Below, in pieces: positions 15,959-26,230 of a DNA stretch of 64,000 bases; the first letter of the stretch is position 1, and each line of letters begins with the position of its first letter. The notes beneath the pieces were generated by a model that worked only from the letters and a program-made list of their open reading frames with translations, searched no databases and was not told the DNA's origin. The DNA lies in contig OZ218778.1 in the NCBI GenBank assembly GCA_965112635.1, forward strand, positions 2,720,001 through 2,784,000. Reading direction: 5' to 3'. Source of the DNA: an uncultured bacterium. GTDB taxonomy: Bacteria > Oederibacteriota > Oederibacteriia > Oederibacteriales > Oederibacteriaceae. The translations under genes were made by a program, and so were the position numbers.

Positions 15959-17938
15959 TCACTTTTTCAGCTGTTCGCTCATCTGTTCCCACTGGGCCAT
16001 TTTGGCCGCTAGCGCCTTGTCGATCTGGTGCAGTTCCTTGAACACGTCCACCAGCTTGTTCCGGTTCTCATAAGTGCCCTGGACTTCCAGGATGGCGTGG
16101 ATCTCTTGCTTCCGCTTTTCCAGGCCGGCAATTTCCTGCTCTAGGACAACCAGCTTTTTCTTTAATTCTTTGCGCTGCTCAACTTTTTCTTTTTCCAGCT
16201 GGGCCTGTTCCGGAGAAAGCTCCTCCTCTTTAGCCATCTTTCTGGCGGATCTATCCATGACCACGACCTGCCCGGATGCGCTTTCCACGGACATTTCGGT
16301 ATGGTGGACCAAGGAAGCTGCTTCCCGCATTTTCCGGGCCAGGTAATCGTCGTAATTCTCGACCAGTTTGCGAACTTCGGAATATTCTTCCACTGGTACT
16401 ATTTCCAGCACCGTGTCAATGAGCGGCCTCATAAACTCGCGATCGTGCGAGACCAGACACAGGGTCCCTTCATATGCCAAAAGCGCTTCCAAAAGGACCT
16501 GCCTGGACTGGGCATCCAGATGGTTGGTGGGCTCATCCAACAGGAGAAAATTATGCGGCTTCAAAAGGAGTTTGGCCAGCGCTACTCTGGCCTTTTCGCC
16601 TCCTGATAAGACCCGGCAGGGCTTGTCGATGTCATCCCCGGAAAACAGGAATGCCCCGGCCAGGCTCCGCAGCTCCAGAGGTGTTTTTGCCGATGTTGTA
16701 GCGTGCAACTCCTCGTAAATGGTCTTTTGCAGGTCCAGGCTGTCCACGGTGTGCTGGGCATAATAACCTATCTCCACGTTGTGGCCAAATCGGATGCTCC
16801 CTTGGGTGGGTCCCACAACCCCGGACAAGAGCTTGAGCAGAGTGGTCTTGCCTGCCCCGTTGACCCCCACAATGGCCAGCCTGGAATCCCGGCCGATGAC
16901 CCAATCCAAGCCCTGGAAGATCTTCTTTGCTCCGTAGGCAAAATTAACCTCCTCCAGCGTTACGGTCTGCTTGCCGCCCCGGCTAGAAGGAGGGAATCCG
17001 AAGTGGATGGTCTTGGTATGCTCGCCGGGTAGTTCTATCCTCTCCATTTTTTCCAACTGTTTCAAGCGGCTCTGCACTTGCCTGGCCTTGGTGGCCTTGT
17101 AGCGGAAACGCTCCGTGAACTTTTCGATTTGGGCGATCTTGTTCTGCTGGACCTTGTACCGAGCCCGCAACAGTTCTATATGCTTTTCTTTTTGGAACTC
17201 GTATTCATCCAGGCTCCCCTTATAGGAAAAAAGTTCCCTCTGCTCTATTTCCACGACCTCCCCGACCATGCGGTTTAAAAAGGCCCTGTCATGGCTAACC
17301 AGCAGTAGGGCTCCTTTATAGTCCAGCAGATATTCTTCCAGCCAAAGCAGGGATTCTAGGTCAAGATGGTTGGTGGGTTCATCTAGAAGCAGCAGGTCCG
17401 GGGACAAAAGCAGGATACGGGAAAGGACGGCCCGCATGCGCCAGCCTCCGCTGAATTCGGCCAGCCTCCGTCCAAGGTCAGCCGGCTTAAAACCCATGCC
17501 GGTCAGGACCTCTTTGGCCAAGGCCTCCAGGCGGTATTCATCCATATGTTCCAGTTCGGTCAGGATATGGCCGTAGCGCTCCAGATCTTCCTCGTGGCCG
17601 GGATAATCACCCTGCCGGCTGAAACGCTCCTCCAGCTCCTGTTTGGTGGCCAGCAGCTCTTCCCGGCGGCCCGTCAGTCTCAACACGCTGGCCAATACGG
17701 TTTCGTCCTCGGGGATACCAACCTCCTGGGGCAAGTAACCGATGGTCAAATGGCTGGCTTTGGCCACAGAGCCCTGGTCCGGCCGCTCCTCTTCCAGGAT
17801 AAGACGGATGAGCGTGGTTTTGCCCGACCCATTGGGACCGATCAGGGCGATCCTGGACCTGGGACCGACATGCAGGGACACCTTGTCAAAAATGGTCCGC
17901 GTCCCAAAATGTTTTTCTACATCAATGATGTCAATCAT
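15959..17938 (-). CDS. ABC-F family ATPase
   Basis: Two ABC domains (GPNGSGKT/FSGGW/LDEPTNHLD; GVNGAGKT/LSGGE/LDEPTNHLD), no TM, C-terminal coiled coil; start placed at MIDIIDVEK. Confidence 0.95.
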   Translation of the reverse strand: MIDIIDVEKHFGTRTIFDKVSLHVGPRSRIALIGPNGSGKTTLIRLILEEERPDQGSVAKASHLTIGYLPQEVGIPEDETVLASVLRLTGRREELLATKQELEERFSRQGDYPGHEEDLERYGHILTELEHMDEYRLEALAKEVLTGMGFKPADLGRRLAEFSGGWRMRAVLSRILLLSPDLLLLDEPTNHLDLESLLWLEEYLLDYKGALLLVSHDRAFLNRMVGEVVEIEQRELFSYKGSLDEYEFQKEKHIELLRARYKVQQNKIAQIEKFTERFRYKATKARQVQSRLKQLEKMERIELPGEHTKTIHFGFPPSSRGGKQTVTLEEVNFAYGAKKIFQGLDWVIGRDSRLAIVGVNGAGKTTLLKLLSGVVGPTQGSIRFGHNVEIGYYAQHTVDSLDLQKTIYEELHATTSAKTPLELRSLAGAFLFSGDDIDKPCRVLSGGEKARVALAKLLLKPHNFLLLDEPTNHLDAQSRQVLLEALLAYEGTLCLVSHDREFMRPLIDTVLEIVPVEEYSEVRKLVENYDDYLARKMREAASLVHHTEMSVESASGQVVVMDRSARKMAKEEELSPEQAQLEKEKVEQRKELKKKLVVLEQEIAGLEKRKQEIHAILEVQGTYENRNKLVDVFKELHQIDKALAAKMAQWEQMSEQLKK

Positions 17939-18048
17939 GGGGATTATATTACCGTGAGAAAGGGGGAAAGATACAGCGATTTGATGACCGCTTAGAAACA
18001 CTTACAGCCGAGAGATAATTACTTTGGAAAAACGGCGTGGTCAGCCAG

Positions 18049-19464
18049 TCAGAGGAAATAAAATCTCGCGCCCACCTTAATCTCCAGGCCGCTCATATCG
18101 CCTGTCACGGATTTTCCGTCCGCGCCGGTGATATAGTGGTCGATGTAACTGCTGTCCACGTAATCCAGATTGCCGGCCAGGAAGCTTGGCGTGTAATTAT
18201 AGTTGATGCTGACCTCTGGAGCGAACCAGCCAAATAGGGCTCTGACCCCAACTCCAGCGCTAAGGGTATCAGATACTCCCAACCAGTTATAACCCTTTGT
18301 ATTGGAATAGTTGACGAACTGCAAGTCTGTTCCAGGCTGAATCATCACAAAGAATTGGAATGGACCTGTTATCTGAAACGGCTTGTTGAGATTAAAATAA
18401 AGTCGTAAATAAAACTCGTTATCCATCAGGGAATAGCCGGAAGTACTCGTCCCGGTCAGACCATTTAGGGTCCCCGAAGAACCCACGTATTTGTAACCAA
18501 ACGCCAGGATATTCCATCCCATCCCTACGTCAATAGCGGTGGGATTGGTAAACACATCGGACCTGGTGAGATAAGGTGTGGTCCCACCCGAAGTCATATT
18601 GTATTTGAACATATTGTTCATCTGGTCCCATACGGAGGGATTATAAAGGGGCGACCACTGAAGGGTGAAATACCAATCGTTGTCGTATTGGGTGCTTTGT
18701 TTTTCACTCTCCTGCCTTTGCCGCTCTTCTTCATCCCGCTTTTGCTGGGCCAGTCGGTTGGCCTCATCGATCCGGTCTTGTTCGTCTTTTTGGGCTTTGA
18801 GCTGTGTTTTCAGCGTGTCGATCTTGGCCACGATCTTGGGGGCGTTGGGAGCGTCCGGCTCCAGTCTCAAATACCTCTGATACGCTGTCAGGGCGTCGTT
18901 ATAGTCCTTTAAATTTTCCTGGGAGATCCCGAGGCATACCCAGGCTTCCCCGTTCTGGGGATCGCTCACGGTCGCTCCCTGGGCTTCGTCACGGGCCAAT
19001 CCCCATTGCTGCAGTTTCATCAACTTCTTGGCTTTCTCAACCTTGGTAGCAGCGCTTTCCGAACTGGAGGACGCGGCCTCACCCATCCCCGCGGTCTCGG
19101 ACTCCCCGCTGCCTCCCAGCTGGACGATCTTGTCGCTGATCTTCTTGGCATTGGGGCTGTCCGGTGCCAGTTGGAGGTATTTCTTGTAGGCGGCCACCGC
19201 CTGGTCGTTGTTTCCCAGGTTTTCGTAAGCCAAGCCCAGGCAGATCCAGGCATCCGTGCTCTGAGAATCGGCCTTCGTGGCCAGCAAGGCTTCGTCCTTG
19301 GCCAGGTCATATTGTTTGAGTTTCAAAAGACTTTTGGCCTTTTCCACATGCCCTGCTGCATCTGAGCTGTCGGCCAGGACCAAAACAGGGGCAAATAAAA
19401 TAGTGACCAATAATGCCATCATAAAGATAAAGACCCCTGTTTTTTTTAATCGTTTAAAATCCAT
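18049..19464 (-). CDS. Secreted TPR protein with coiled coil and C-terminal beta-barrel-like domain
   Basis: Signal peptide; two similar TPR modules (AW.CLG...ENL...A..AY..YL.L.PD.PNA.KI); aromatic beta-strand C-terminus ending RFYFL. Confidence 0.8.
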   Translation of the reverse strand: MDFKRLKKTGVFIFMMALLVTILFAPVLVLADSSDAAGHVEKAKSLLKLKQYDLAKDEALLATKADSQSTDAWICLGLAYENLGNNDQAVAAYKKYLQLAPDSPNAKKISDKIVQLGGSGESETAGMGEAASSSSESAATKVEKAKKLMKLQQWGLARDEAQGATVSDPQNGEAWVCLGISQENLKDYNDALTAYQRYLRLEPDAPNAPKIVAKIDTLKTQLKAQKDEQDRIDEANRLAQQKRDEEERQRQESEKQSTQYDNDWYFTLQWSPLYNPSVWDQMNNMFKYNMTSGGTTPYLTRSDVFTNPTAIDVGMGWNILAFGYKYVGSSGTLNGLTGTSTSGYSLMDNEFYLRLYFNLNKPFQITGPFQFFVMIQPGTDLQFVNYSNTKGYNWLGVSDTLSAGVGVRALFGWFAPEVSINYNYTPSFLAGNLDYVDSSYIDHYITGADGKSVTGDMSGLEIKVGARFYFL

Positions 19465-19540
19465 TTTTCACTCTCCTTTGCAATATTTTTGATGAATCTG
19501 GGCCCTGACCTCACGAACAGATTTGGGACTAAATTCACTT

Positions 19541-20275
19541 TCATTTGACAATACGATACACCACGGTCCCCAGGCACCAGGTATTCTTGTCCATTTCCAC
19601 CAGTTTGGAAATAAGGTCGAAGAATTTGACCTTTGCCCCGGCGTTTTCCAAAAGTTTCACCTGGTTCTTACAGCAGACCACCCGCAGGGTTTCACTGGAC
19701 TCGTTCTTGCCCTGCGGCAGGCTGCCGCGAATAGCCATACCGTTGTCTTTCATGGGCTGGGTAGGCAGGACCAGGGTCTCCCCGCCCTTGACGAAATCGG
19801 CCTTATCCGCGTCATTGGGGAACAGGGGCCACACCAGATCGTCCTCGTCTACGGAAAAAACCGCCACATAAGCGTCCCTGGCCGGGGTGATCCTGACCTC
19901 TATCTCCTCCCCGTCCTTGACCGTGCTCGGCGCTTCCATCCGAACGGTGAAAAAGGGATCGGACTCACCTTTGGGGTATTTCACGTTGACCTGGAGCTTG
20001 ACCGTGTAGCGGTAGGAACCGCTACCCAAGTCTTCCGGTCCCGAGCGGTCCAGCTCTTTTTCTCCCGTGATAAGCCCGCGGTTGATGGCCTGCAATAATT
20101 CCCCGGCTGAATCGTATTGGCGTCCCGAATGTTCTTCAGAAATGGCGTAAAAGGTGGACTTGACCTGCTGCCCCGAGGAGGCCAGGACTTTGCTCCTGGC
20201 GTCCTCACGGGCGAGCCGGAATCCTTCGGCAGGCGCCCTCTGGGCGTCCACCACCGCTTCTCCGCTAACGGTCAT
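19541..20275 (-). CDS. DUF4384 domain protein
   Basis: GEEIEVRI...DAYVAVF.......PLFPN motif. Confidence 0.8.
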   Translation of the reverse strand: MTVSGEAVVDAQRAPAEGFRLAREDARSKVLASSGQQVKSTFYAISEEHSGRQYDSAGELLQAINRGLITGEKELDRSGPEDLGSGSYRYTVKLQVNVKYPKGESDPFFTVRMEAPSTVKDGEEIEVRITPARDAYVAVFSVDEDDLVWPLFPNDADKADFVKGGETLVLPTQPMKDNGMAIRGSLPQGKNESSETLRVVCCKNQVKLLENAGAKVKFFDLISKLVEMDKNTWCLGTVVYRIVK

Positions 20276-20331
20276 GGTAGTCGGCCTGTCATTGCCGCTC
20301 TCCCCTGGCCGTTCAGAAGGGAGAGAGCCGG

Positions 20332-20949
20332 CTATTTTCCCTGGGTAGGGGTCCCTCCGGCCGGCTGGGTCTGCGGTTGCTCCTGCTTGCTTATGATCTG
20401 TTCCATGTTGGCAAAGGCCTTGTCCGCGTTGGCTTTGACATAATCCCGGACTTGGGCGTCCAGCTCCTTCATGCTGTCCAGGTTCTTGGAGAGGTCAGCC
20501 GGGGCCAGTTTGGCCAAGGCGTAGAGCGTCCCGTCCGAAGGGTCTTTCCAGTGGTCGATAATCTCCACGCCGGAAAGAGCCATATCGGTGATGGATTGGC
20601 CCGTACTCTCCACGTACTGTTCCTCCGAGGACTTTTTGAAATCCCCGGCCGTGGTCGAAGCCATATAGTCGCGCAGCACGGACTGCACGGTAACCTTGAG
20701 GTTCTTAGCGACTTCGTTCCTGGCCCTGCTGTCCGCGGTCTGAGTGGCCAGGGAGACATTCTGGATGCCTGACACGATCCCCACGCCGTAGATGTATTTG
20801 GCTTCGTCCCCTTGGAACGCGGCCCTTCCTTTATCAATCCAGGCGGGTTTGTTGCTGGAGCCCGGCCCCTGGACAGCTTGGTTGCCTCCGCATCCGGCAA
20901 GGACCGCCACCGCCAGCGCTAGGATTACTCCTGACAATTTCTTAAACAT
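20332..20949 (-). CDS. LPP20 family lipoprotein
   Basis: Lipobox LAGC; KPAWI, YGVG, A..RAR.EVA, YALA motifs. Confidence 0.88.
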   Translation of the reverse strand: MFKKLSGVILALAVAVLAGCGGNQAVQGPGSSNKPAWIDKGRAAFQGDEAKYIYGVGIVSGIQNVSLATQTADSRARNEVAKNLKVTVQSVLRDYMASTTAGDFKKSSEEQYVESTGQSITDMALSGVEIIDHWKDPSDGTLYALAKLAPADLSKNLDSMKELDAQVRDYVKANADKAFANMEQIISKQEQPQTQPAGGTPTQGK

Positions 20950-21014
20950 ATTCCTTCCTCCTTTTTAAAATAAATTATTGACCCTTTGGTTCTATTCAAA
21001 AACTGTTGATCGGA

Positions 21015-22870
21015 TCAGGGGACGACAGGCTGGTCCTGGTTCCCTGAGAAATACGGTTTTTGGACCCTCTCTTCGCCTTTGAGCTTGTGCACCATCGTGG
21101 GGACCTCCCGCTGTAGAAAATCCTTTAATTTCCCAGAATCCCTGATCCCGCTCTGCAGCCCTTTTAAGAAATAGTAGGTGAAAACGCCATGGGCTTTTTC
21201 GTCGTACCAGGAAGCAACCTGGTTGGCCTCGCTGGCCGAAAAGACCTGGACTCCCTCAGGGATCACACCCGTGACCTTTTGGGTAAGGAGGAGCGGGCTG
21301 GCGCCTTTGACCAGGGTCCCTTTTTCCGAGCCACCGCTGAAACAGGCATCTATGACCACGGTCGTCTTGGCGGCTTTGAGAAGGGATAAGTTCTTGTAAA
21401 AAACGTCCACCGGATAGCCCGTGAACGAGACCTGGCTCAAGTCGCAGTCCGACGGCGCGAAATAGGCCCGGCCATCCTCTGAAAGGGCCGGTGTGCCATG
21501 TCCCGAAAAATAGACAAAGACCTTGGATTCCCCAGGCTTGACCATCTGGGCGAGCTTGGCTTTGCGCCGTTCAGCCGTGCCAAAGACCGCTTCCATCTTG
21601 GATTTGGTAGGATTGGCGTAAAAAAGGATGTTCTCCTCTTTGAACCCGTACATCTTGATGAGGTAATCCTTGACGGCCTCCGCGTCGTGGATGGCGTAAT
21701 CCACCGTGGGGATATCCTTGTTCATATAGTCGCGCACGCCCATGACCACGGCGATGCCGTTGCTGTTGTCCTTTTGGTACTCAGGGATGTTCTCGTCCAC
21801 TTCTGACGGCGGGTAGGTGACGAGGTCCGCCGAGTTGAAGGTATCCGCCACTTGGTATTTTTGTTCTTCCGTCCCCTTGGCCACCACCGGCACGGTGACA
21901 TCCTGGGCGGCTTTGATCGAGGGCCTTTTCTCATTGACCGTCAGGCTCAGTTGCAGGGCCTGGTCTTTGAACGCTTCCGGAATGATGACCTGGTAGCTCA
22001 CAGTGGCGATCTTACCGGGCTGGATCTCTCCGATCACCCGGGGCGATGAGACAACCTCCAATTTCTGGCCCGAATCCAGGTAGGCCTGGACCTCCTGGGC
22101 TTTGCCTCTGCCTTGGTTCTGTATGGCGAAAGAAACCGTGGCGACGTCCCCTTGCTTGATGGTCTTGCTGCCGTTCTCTCCCGCAATATTGTGGCTGGTC
22201 ACGGCCAATTTGGGAAGCTCCACGCTGGTTGTCTTGAAGACCAGTTTGACCGAACTGAAACTGAAATTCTTTTCCTGGATCTTGACCTGCGCGGCTACCG
22301 CGGCAGTCGCGATATCCTCTTGAGCCTCGATCGTGAAGCGCCCGCTTAGATCGGCCCCGGCCGGGATGTCCCCGATCGCGATCCTATCCGCAGACTGGCC
22401 CCCGCCGGTTTCCAATAAGGAAGACACCGTATCCCCGCCGGTCGAGCTGCTCTCTTCCATCTCGCCACCCTTGATGGCGATCTTGGTGTTATCGGGGATC
22501 AGGATCAAAGTGGCATACGCTTCCCGTGCCGCGCCTTTTCCCGTGTTCTTGACCGTGAACCTGATCGTGGCGTTCTCGCCTGCGCTCAAAACCTTCTCTT
22601 CATTGTTTAGAATCAGGGAAAGGCTGGTTTGGAGCTTGGGTTTCTCGTAGGTTTCGGGGGTAGCCTCTTGGAAATGGCTTGAAGAAGGTGAGTTGTTGTC
22701 TAAAAGCTGGTCAATATCAGTGTTTTGGTTGCTTTTTTGGGGTTGCGTAGTGACCTTGCTCCCCCCCCTAAAAGATCATCCACATCGTCAGCACGCAACG
22801 GCACAATGAAAAACGCCAAAAAAGCCGTAAAAACAATACAAAACAGGCATAGCCGTTCAAATGGTTTCAT
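21015..22870 (-). CDS. Secreted caspase-family (C14) peptidase with Ig-like domains; frameshifted at G8 tract
   Basis: YFSGHG and IDACFSG catalytic dyad; signal-peptide ORF from ATG 22870 joins the main frame only if C8 at 22761-22768 is C9. Confidence 0.85.
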
Positions 22871-22985
22871 GGAGTGCCTCCTGACCTTAAATAAGGATAC
22901 ATGCTTTAATTATAAAAGGATACGCAAGATAGTCAATAAAGATAAAAGATTTAATCAAGTTCTAACAAACCAGTAAAGCCGCAAC

Positions 22986-23936
22986 TTAGAAGTTCCAGTC
23001 CTGCCCGTTTTGCCCGATGATGAACTGGTCCGGTTTGACCTTGAAATCTTTCCTGGCTTCCTCAATGCCGCTGATGACTTGCTGAGGAACGTCATCGCCC
23101 AACTGGAAAGTACCGAAATGGCAGGCGATGCCGCATCTGGCCCGTAATATTTTGAACGCCCGCACCGCTTCCTCGGGGTTGATGTGGATATCCTGCATGA
23201 ACCATGCTGGCAAATAGGCGCCGCTGGGAAGGATAGCCAGGTCGAGTTTTGGAAAGCGGCTGGCGACCTCCTGAAAATGTCTATCCCATCCCGTGTCACC
23301 TGCAAAATACACGCTCTTTTTTCTAGCCTTGAGTACAAACCCTCCCCACAAGGCCCTGTTGTGGTCAAAAGGGCTACGGCTGGAAAAATGATGGCTGGGC
23401 ACGCAGGTTATTTCCAATCCTCTAAAAGGTTTGATCTGGTCCCACCAGTCCATTGCTTTGATGGGAACTCCCTTAAGAAATTTCAGGTAATTTTCGTTCC
23501 CCAACGGAGTTAAAACCAGAGGCCTATTCTTGTCGCCCAATTTGAGCAGGGTCTGCTTATCCAGATGGTCATAATGGTTGTGGCTGAGCAACACCAGGTC
23601 AATGGCCGGTAAATCTTCCCAGGCTAGACCCGGTGGGTTCTGCCTTTTGGGGCCGGCCCATTGCACCGGGCTGTCCCGTTCCGACCATATCGGGTCGGTC
23701 AGGATGTTGACTCCGGCCATCTGGACAAGAAAAGTCATATGGTTGACATAGATGACCTGGATCTGGCCGGGCTTGTTGCGCTGGGAAGGGGCCGGCGCCT
23801 GCTGAGGCTCCATGCCCTGCCAGGCCATCCGGTGGTGGGAAAACATCCATTTCAGAAAATCCCAGAAACTTCCCCTGGGCCTGGTCCGCGCGTTAAAGAA
23901 CCTTTTGCCGTCAAAATGATCCGAAATCTGGGCCAT
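22986..23936 (-). CDS. MBL-fold metallo-hydrolase (NAPE-PLD/RomA-like)
   Basis: LTDPIWS, SHNHYDHLD, FAGDTG, HINPEEA, HFGTF. Confidence 0.93.
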   Translation of the reverse strand: MAQISDHFDGKRFFNARTRPRGSFWDFLKWMFSHHRMAWQGMEPQQAPAPSQRNKPGQIQVIYVNHMTFLVQMAGVNILTDPIWSERDSPVQWAGPKRQNPPGLAWEDLPAIDLVLLSHNHYDHLDKQTLLKLGDKNRPLVLTPLGNENYLKFLKGVPIKAMDWWDQIKPFRGLEITCVPSHHFSSRSPFDHNRALWGGFVLKARKKSVYFAGDTGWDRHFQEVASRFPKLDLAILPSGAYLPAWFMQDIHINPEEAVRAFKILRARCGIACHFGTFQLGDDVPQQVISGIEEARKDFKVKPDQFIIGQNGQDWNF

Positions 23937-24039
23937 TTCCCTGGATCCCTCCAAATTATTTTTTCTTATCTCTTTAAGTAGTATTACAATATGATATCAA
24001 AAACAGTTTGAAGAAAATCCGCAAAAGGAGAATTGACCA

Positions 24040-25038
24040 ATGCAACCAAGATGGACAAAAGAACAGGCCTGGGCCTGGTATGAAAAACTACCCTGGCTCG
24101 TGGGGTGCAACTTCATCCCCAGCACCAGCATCAACCAGCTGGAGATGTGGCAAAAGGACACCTTTGACCCCAGGACCATCGACAAGGAACTCGGCTGGGC
24201 CAGAAATATCGGCATGAACACAGTGCGCGTTTATCTGCACGACCTGGTCTGGCACGCTGACGCGGAGAGGTTCAAAAAAAGGATTGACCGGTTTCTGGCC
24301 ATCGCCTCGGCACACGGCATACGCCCCCTTTTTTGCGTGTTTGACGATTGTTGGAACCCCAAGCCAAAACTGGGCAAACAGCTCTGTAACAAATTCGGCC
24401 GGCATAATTACGGCTGGGCCCAAAGTCCGGGCGTGGATGTGGTCAATGAGCCCAAGCAGTGGGGCCGGCTGGAAAAATATGTTCTTGGCCTCTTGAGGAC
24501 TTTTGGCCAGGATGAGCGGGTACTGCTCTGGGACCTTTATAACGAGCCCGGCAATTCCAAGCAGGACGAAAAGTCAGTCCCCCTGCTGGAAAAAACCTTC
24601 GAGTGGGCTCAGACCGCTGACCCCATTCAACCCCTGACCTCAGGGGTTTGGGCCCTCAACCGGTCAGTCAGCCACACCCAGCTTTCAGGCTCTGACATCA
24701 TCACCTTCCACAACTATGACAATCTGGAAAATCTACGGGGCACCATCAACGACTTAAAATCCCTGGGCCGACCTGTGATCTGCACCGAATACATGGCCCG
24801 GGGCAAAGGGAGCCTGTTCCTGACCCATTTGCCTGAATTTAAAAAGGGAAAAGTTGGATGTTACAACTGGGGTTTGGTGGACGGCAAAACAAGGACAAAA
24901 TATCCCTGGGGTAGTCCTGACAGCTGCCCTGAACCTGCCCCATGGTTCCATGAAATTTTCAGAAAAAACGGCAAACCCTATATCCCCTCAGAAACCGCTT
25001 TTATTAAGGCGATAACCAAAGACAACGACATTTTCTAA
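24040..25038 (+). CDS. Clan GH-A (GH5-like) glycoside hydrolase
   Basis: WDLYNEP acid/base, TFHNY, ICTEY nucleophile. Confidence 0.9.
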   Translation: MQPRWTKEQAWAWYEKLPWLVGCNFIPSTSINQLEMWQKDTFDPRTIDKELGWARNIGMNTVRVYLHDLVWHADAERFKKRIDRFLAIASAHGIRPLFCVFDDCWNPKPKLGKQLCNKFGRHNYGWAQSPGVDVVNEPKQWGRLEKYVLGLLRTFGQDERVLLWDLYNEPGNSKQDEKSVPLLEKTFEWAQTADPIQPLTSGVWALNRSVSHTQLSGSDIITFHNYDNLENLRGTINDLKSLGRPVICTEYMARGKGSLFLTHLPEFKKGKVGCYNWGLVDGKTRTKYPWGSPDSCPEPAPWFHEIFRKNGKPYIPSETAFIKAITKDNDIF

Positions 25039-25059
25039 ATATTTCAACCAATGGGTCGC

Positions 25060-26195
25060 TCAGTATTGGCAGTGCTTCCAGTATTCGTCCAGCATAGCCA
25101 TATAGTTGTCATATTTGGTCCCCACCGCAATGGAGTGGCTGGCTCCCAAAATAAATCTCCCGCCCTTTTTTGCGCAGGACATGGCCCGGCGCACATCCTG
25201 CCGCACCTCTTCGGGGGTACCGTGGACAAGGTGCTCCAGGTCCACTCCGCCCCACAGGGTGAGCCGGTCCCCGTAACGCTCCTTCACTTTCTTGATATCC
25301 ATAGAAGCGCTGGTTTGGATGGACTGGTAGGCGTCATAGCCGATTTCCAAGAACATGTCCATCAGGCTCCAAACATTGCCGCAGCAATGTTTCATCACTC
25401 TTTTGCCTCTCCGATGGACCTGCTTCACCCTTTCCTTATTGGCTTTCAAGAACATCTCCCGGAACATGGCAGGGCTGATAAAAGGACCGGTCTTAAAACC
25501 AAAGTCCGCGCCCCACAGCACGGCGTCGCTGTCAGGATGGAGCCAGGCATCATCGTTCATATTGGTCGATTTTAGGAAATAACTCGTCGCTGCCTTGACG
25601 GTCTCCTTATTGGTGGCCAGCTCCAGACAACCCTTTCGATGTCCCCCAAAAAAACTATGCCCACTTCGCCGCCGCTGGGCCCGCAGATGAACTTATCATC
25701 TTTGAAATTCCGGATTACAGTGTCCAAAATTTCCCAGGAACACTCGTCCCGAGCCTCTGGGGCTGGTTCTCCGCTGAACTCGGCAATGGTGAACTTCCTG
25801 GCCTCCAGCACGGGGTCCCGGACGCAGGTGATGTCCATGGAAGCGTCGGAGAACTTATAGACCCGGCCGTACTTGTCTTCCCAGGTGGTGCCATCGATCC
25901 GGCGTGGAGGAGCATCATTGGAAGGAACGGGGATTTGATAGGTGGCTGCTGCGAACGAAACTATGTCCAGGTCCAGTTTATGCATGAGCTCTATATGGTC
26001 TTTCTCGTAGCTTTCCGCGACTTCCTTATACCGACCTTCCCAAAAAGCGATCTGTGACTTGGCCTTTGCCCTGAAATAGGTCTCGTGGCCGAGGATCTTC
26101 TCGGCGGTGTCGAAATCCACCGCATATTCCCCCAGCGGTACCCTGTCGGGTATCCGGCCGTCAAGCACTGCCATCACCCGTTCTTTGGAAGTCAT
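25060..26195 (-). pseudogene. Uroporphyrinogen decarboxylase/methyltransferase-like family protein, split by a frameshift
   Basis: N-part MTSKERV..PDRVP; C-part DFG...ISP, HCCG, LWGGVD, GTPEEV, FILGASH; adding one G at 25631-25633 gives the continuous ...ERGCLELATNKETV...STNMNDD. Confidence 0.8.
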
Positions 26196-26230
26196 GCGCA
26201 AGCCTTTCTTCCAATTAAATCAACGCTTCT

